Source: Lytechinus pictus (lineage: Eukaryota). Taken from it: a stretch of DNA of 64,000 nt. The stretch lies in assembly GCF_037042905.1 (NCBI RefSeq), contig NC_087246.1, forward strand, positions 55,738,001-55,802,000, given 5' to 3'. The position numbers were made by a program, and so were the translations under genes. This document shows positions 62,786-64,000 of this stretch, in pieces (positions within the stretch are counted from its first letter, which is position 1; each line of letters starts with the position of its first letter). The notes beneath the pieces were generated by a model. The model saw only the letters and a program-made list of their open reading frames with translations, was not told where the DNA came from and ran no database searches.

Positions 62786-63134
62786 TTTTGTGGACCTTCG
62801 CAGCTAAAATTGATCAATTTCAGTTGATTTTCAATATAACATTTTAATAAATTGCTTATTTTTCATTTCATTAAGAAAATTCAAAGAAAATGTATCTATT
62901 TTTAGTCAATGACAAATAAAAAGTAGACATTTCAAGAATCATATTTTCATCTTTAAAACTATATTTTCATAAATATTAATCGATACATAAGAAACATCTT
63001 CAAATGTACACATTTTTTCAAACATAATTTTCTTCAACCGAATAAATCATTGTGCATTTTTTAATCGATAATGTCTGATAATGTCTTAAAACTGTGGCTT
63101 CATTGACTTTTGTACAAGTTTTTCAATATTCATT

Positions 63135-63295
63135 AGTGTTGTTGGTGTTGCTGCTGTTGTCATCGTGGTTGCTGGAATTGCAAGTGTTTTTGCTGCTGCT
63201 CTTGGTGTTGTTGGTGTGGTTGTTGTATCTCTTACTGCAGTTATGGTTTCGGCTGCTGATGCTGTTGTTGCTCCTGCTGCTGTTCATGTTTATTG
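63135..63295. repeat. Degenerate (CTG/TTG)n trinucleotide repeat
   Basis: gtgttgttggtgttgctgctgttg... It explains the poly-Leu ORF 63094-63315. Confidence 0.9.
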
Positions 63296-64000
63296 AAGTA
63301 ACTGAAATGGAATAAATTTATAGAGCATGTGATATTCTATTAATAAAGATATTAATTTCCATCATTATTGATATCAAAGTCATTTATTCCTAATTTATCA
63401 TTGTTAAAACTTACATTTTTTAATTTTCAATGTTTCAAATAATAACTTTAAGTTCTAAATGGTTAAAGTATTGTCACCAAAGCCTTATTAAACAACGAAA
63501 ACAAACAAGTTAATAACAAAGAAATGCATAAGAAAATGATTTAAATGTACATGTATACACAATTGATTTTAATTAATGACTTGGGTTTTTCTCATTGGTT
63601 TACCAAAGAAAGGGAGTCAAAATCCAAAATTATCACATTTGGTCTTTATTTCTTGATTTAGAGCAAAATGCTGATTTCATGCAAGAGTCATGTTATCATA
63701 AATAAAAAACCAACATCGGGAGCAGCAGCATACCTGCTGATTTCTGAAGTGAGTGCACAATCAACAGGCAAGATCCTGAGGCACGCCCCCCCCCCCCCCT
63801 ACCAAGATCATTTGAATTAGTGAGGTTTAATGACTGCTTCTGTAGTCATTACATTTATCTGATTTACACAGGCCTACAAGAGATATTAAAAAAAATTGTG
63901 TTCTTTTTGGGGTAATCTTCTGGTGTTCCTCCCTGACAAAGCAGATGGTGATGGTGTGTGAGTGTGGGGGGGGGGTCTAATAGGAATGCAGAACAATGGA

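Noticed and set aside
63094-63315. 73-aa poly-Leu membrane-like ORF
   Set aside because: Translation of a CTG/TTG trinucleotide repeat.

Overview
AT-rich animal (eukaryotic) genomic DNA. The repeat repertoire looks echinoid (sea-urchin-like), but that is an inference. The whole 64 kb appears to lie inside one minus-strand, large-intron gene. By hand I assembled eight AG/GT-bounded exons, all phase 0 at both ends: 52822-52502, 47300-47067, 45912-45772, 43777-43649, 40666-40598, 24960-24910, 22332-22246 and 12526-12425. They splice into a stop-free 378-aa partial protein. It starts GEKLLVLK, like the end of the SOWAH N-terminal domain, and ends LEPLERQWMMESAKGNVPALMGLLDQEPGLATKK, like the SOWAH pre-ankyrin helix. 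This points to the intron-rich ancestral Sowah (sosondowah) gene, the known bystander of the Iroquois (Irx) genomic regulatory block. I found neither the first coding exon nor the ankyrin exons in the window. The introns hold one 5'-truncated CR1/L2-group LINE with an intact EN-RT ORF2, about 20 MITEs (several nested, many with readable target-site duplications, TSDs), tRNA-SINE remnants, microsatellites, a 242-N gap and several CpG- or motif-rich non-repeat blocks that could be enhancers. Best leads: (i) the Irx-Sowah enhancer landscape; (ii) an inverted MITE pair about 1.1 kb outside a block of six phase-0 exons, predicting a 711-nt stop-free circRNA; (iii) a sense-oriented intact LINE just upstream of the ankyrin-proximal exon, with a structured 3' UTR. 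I saw no CRISPR arrays, rRNA or intact tRNA genes.
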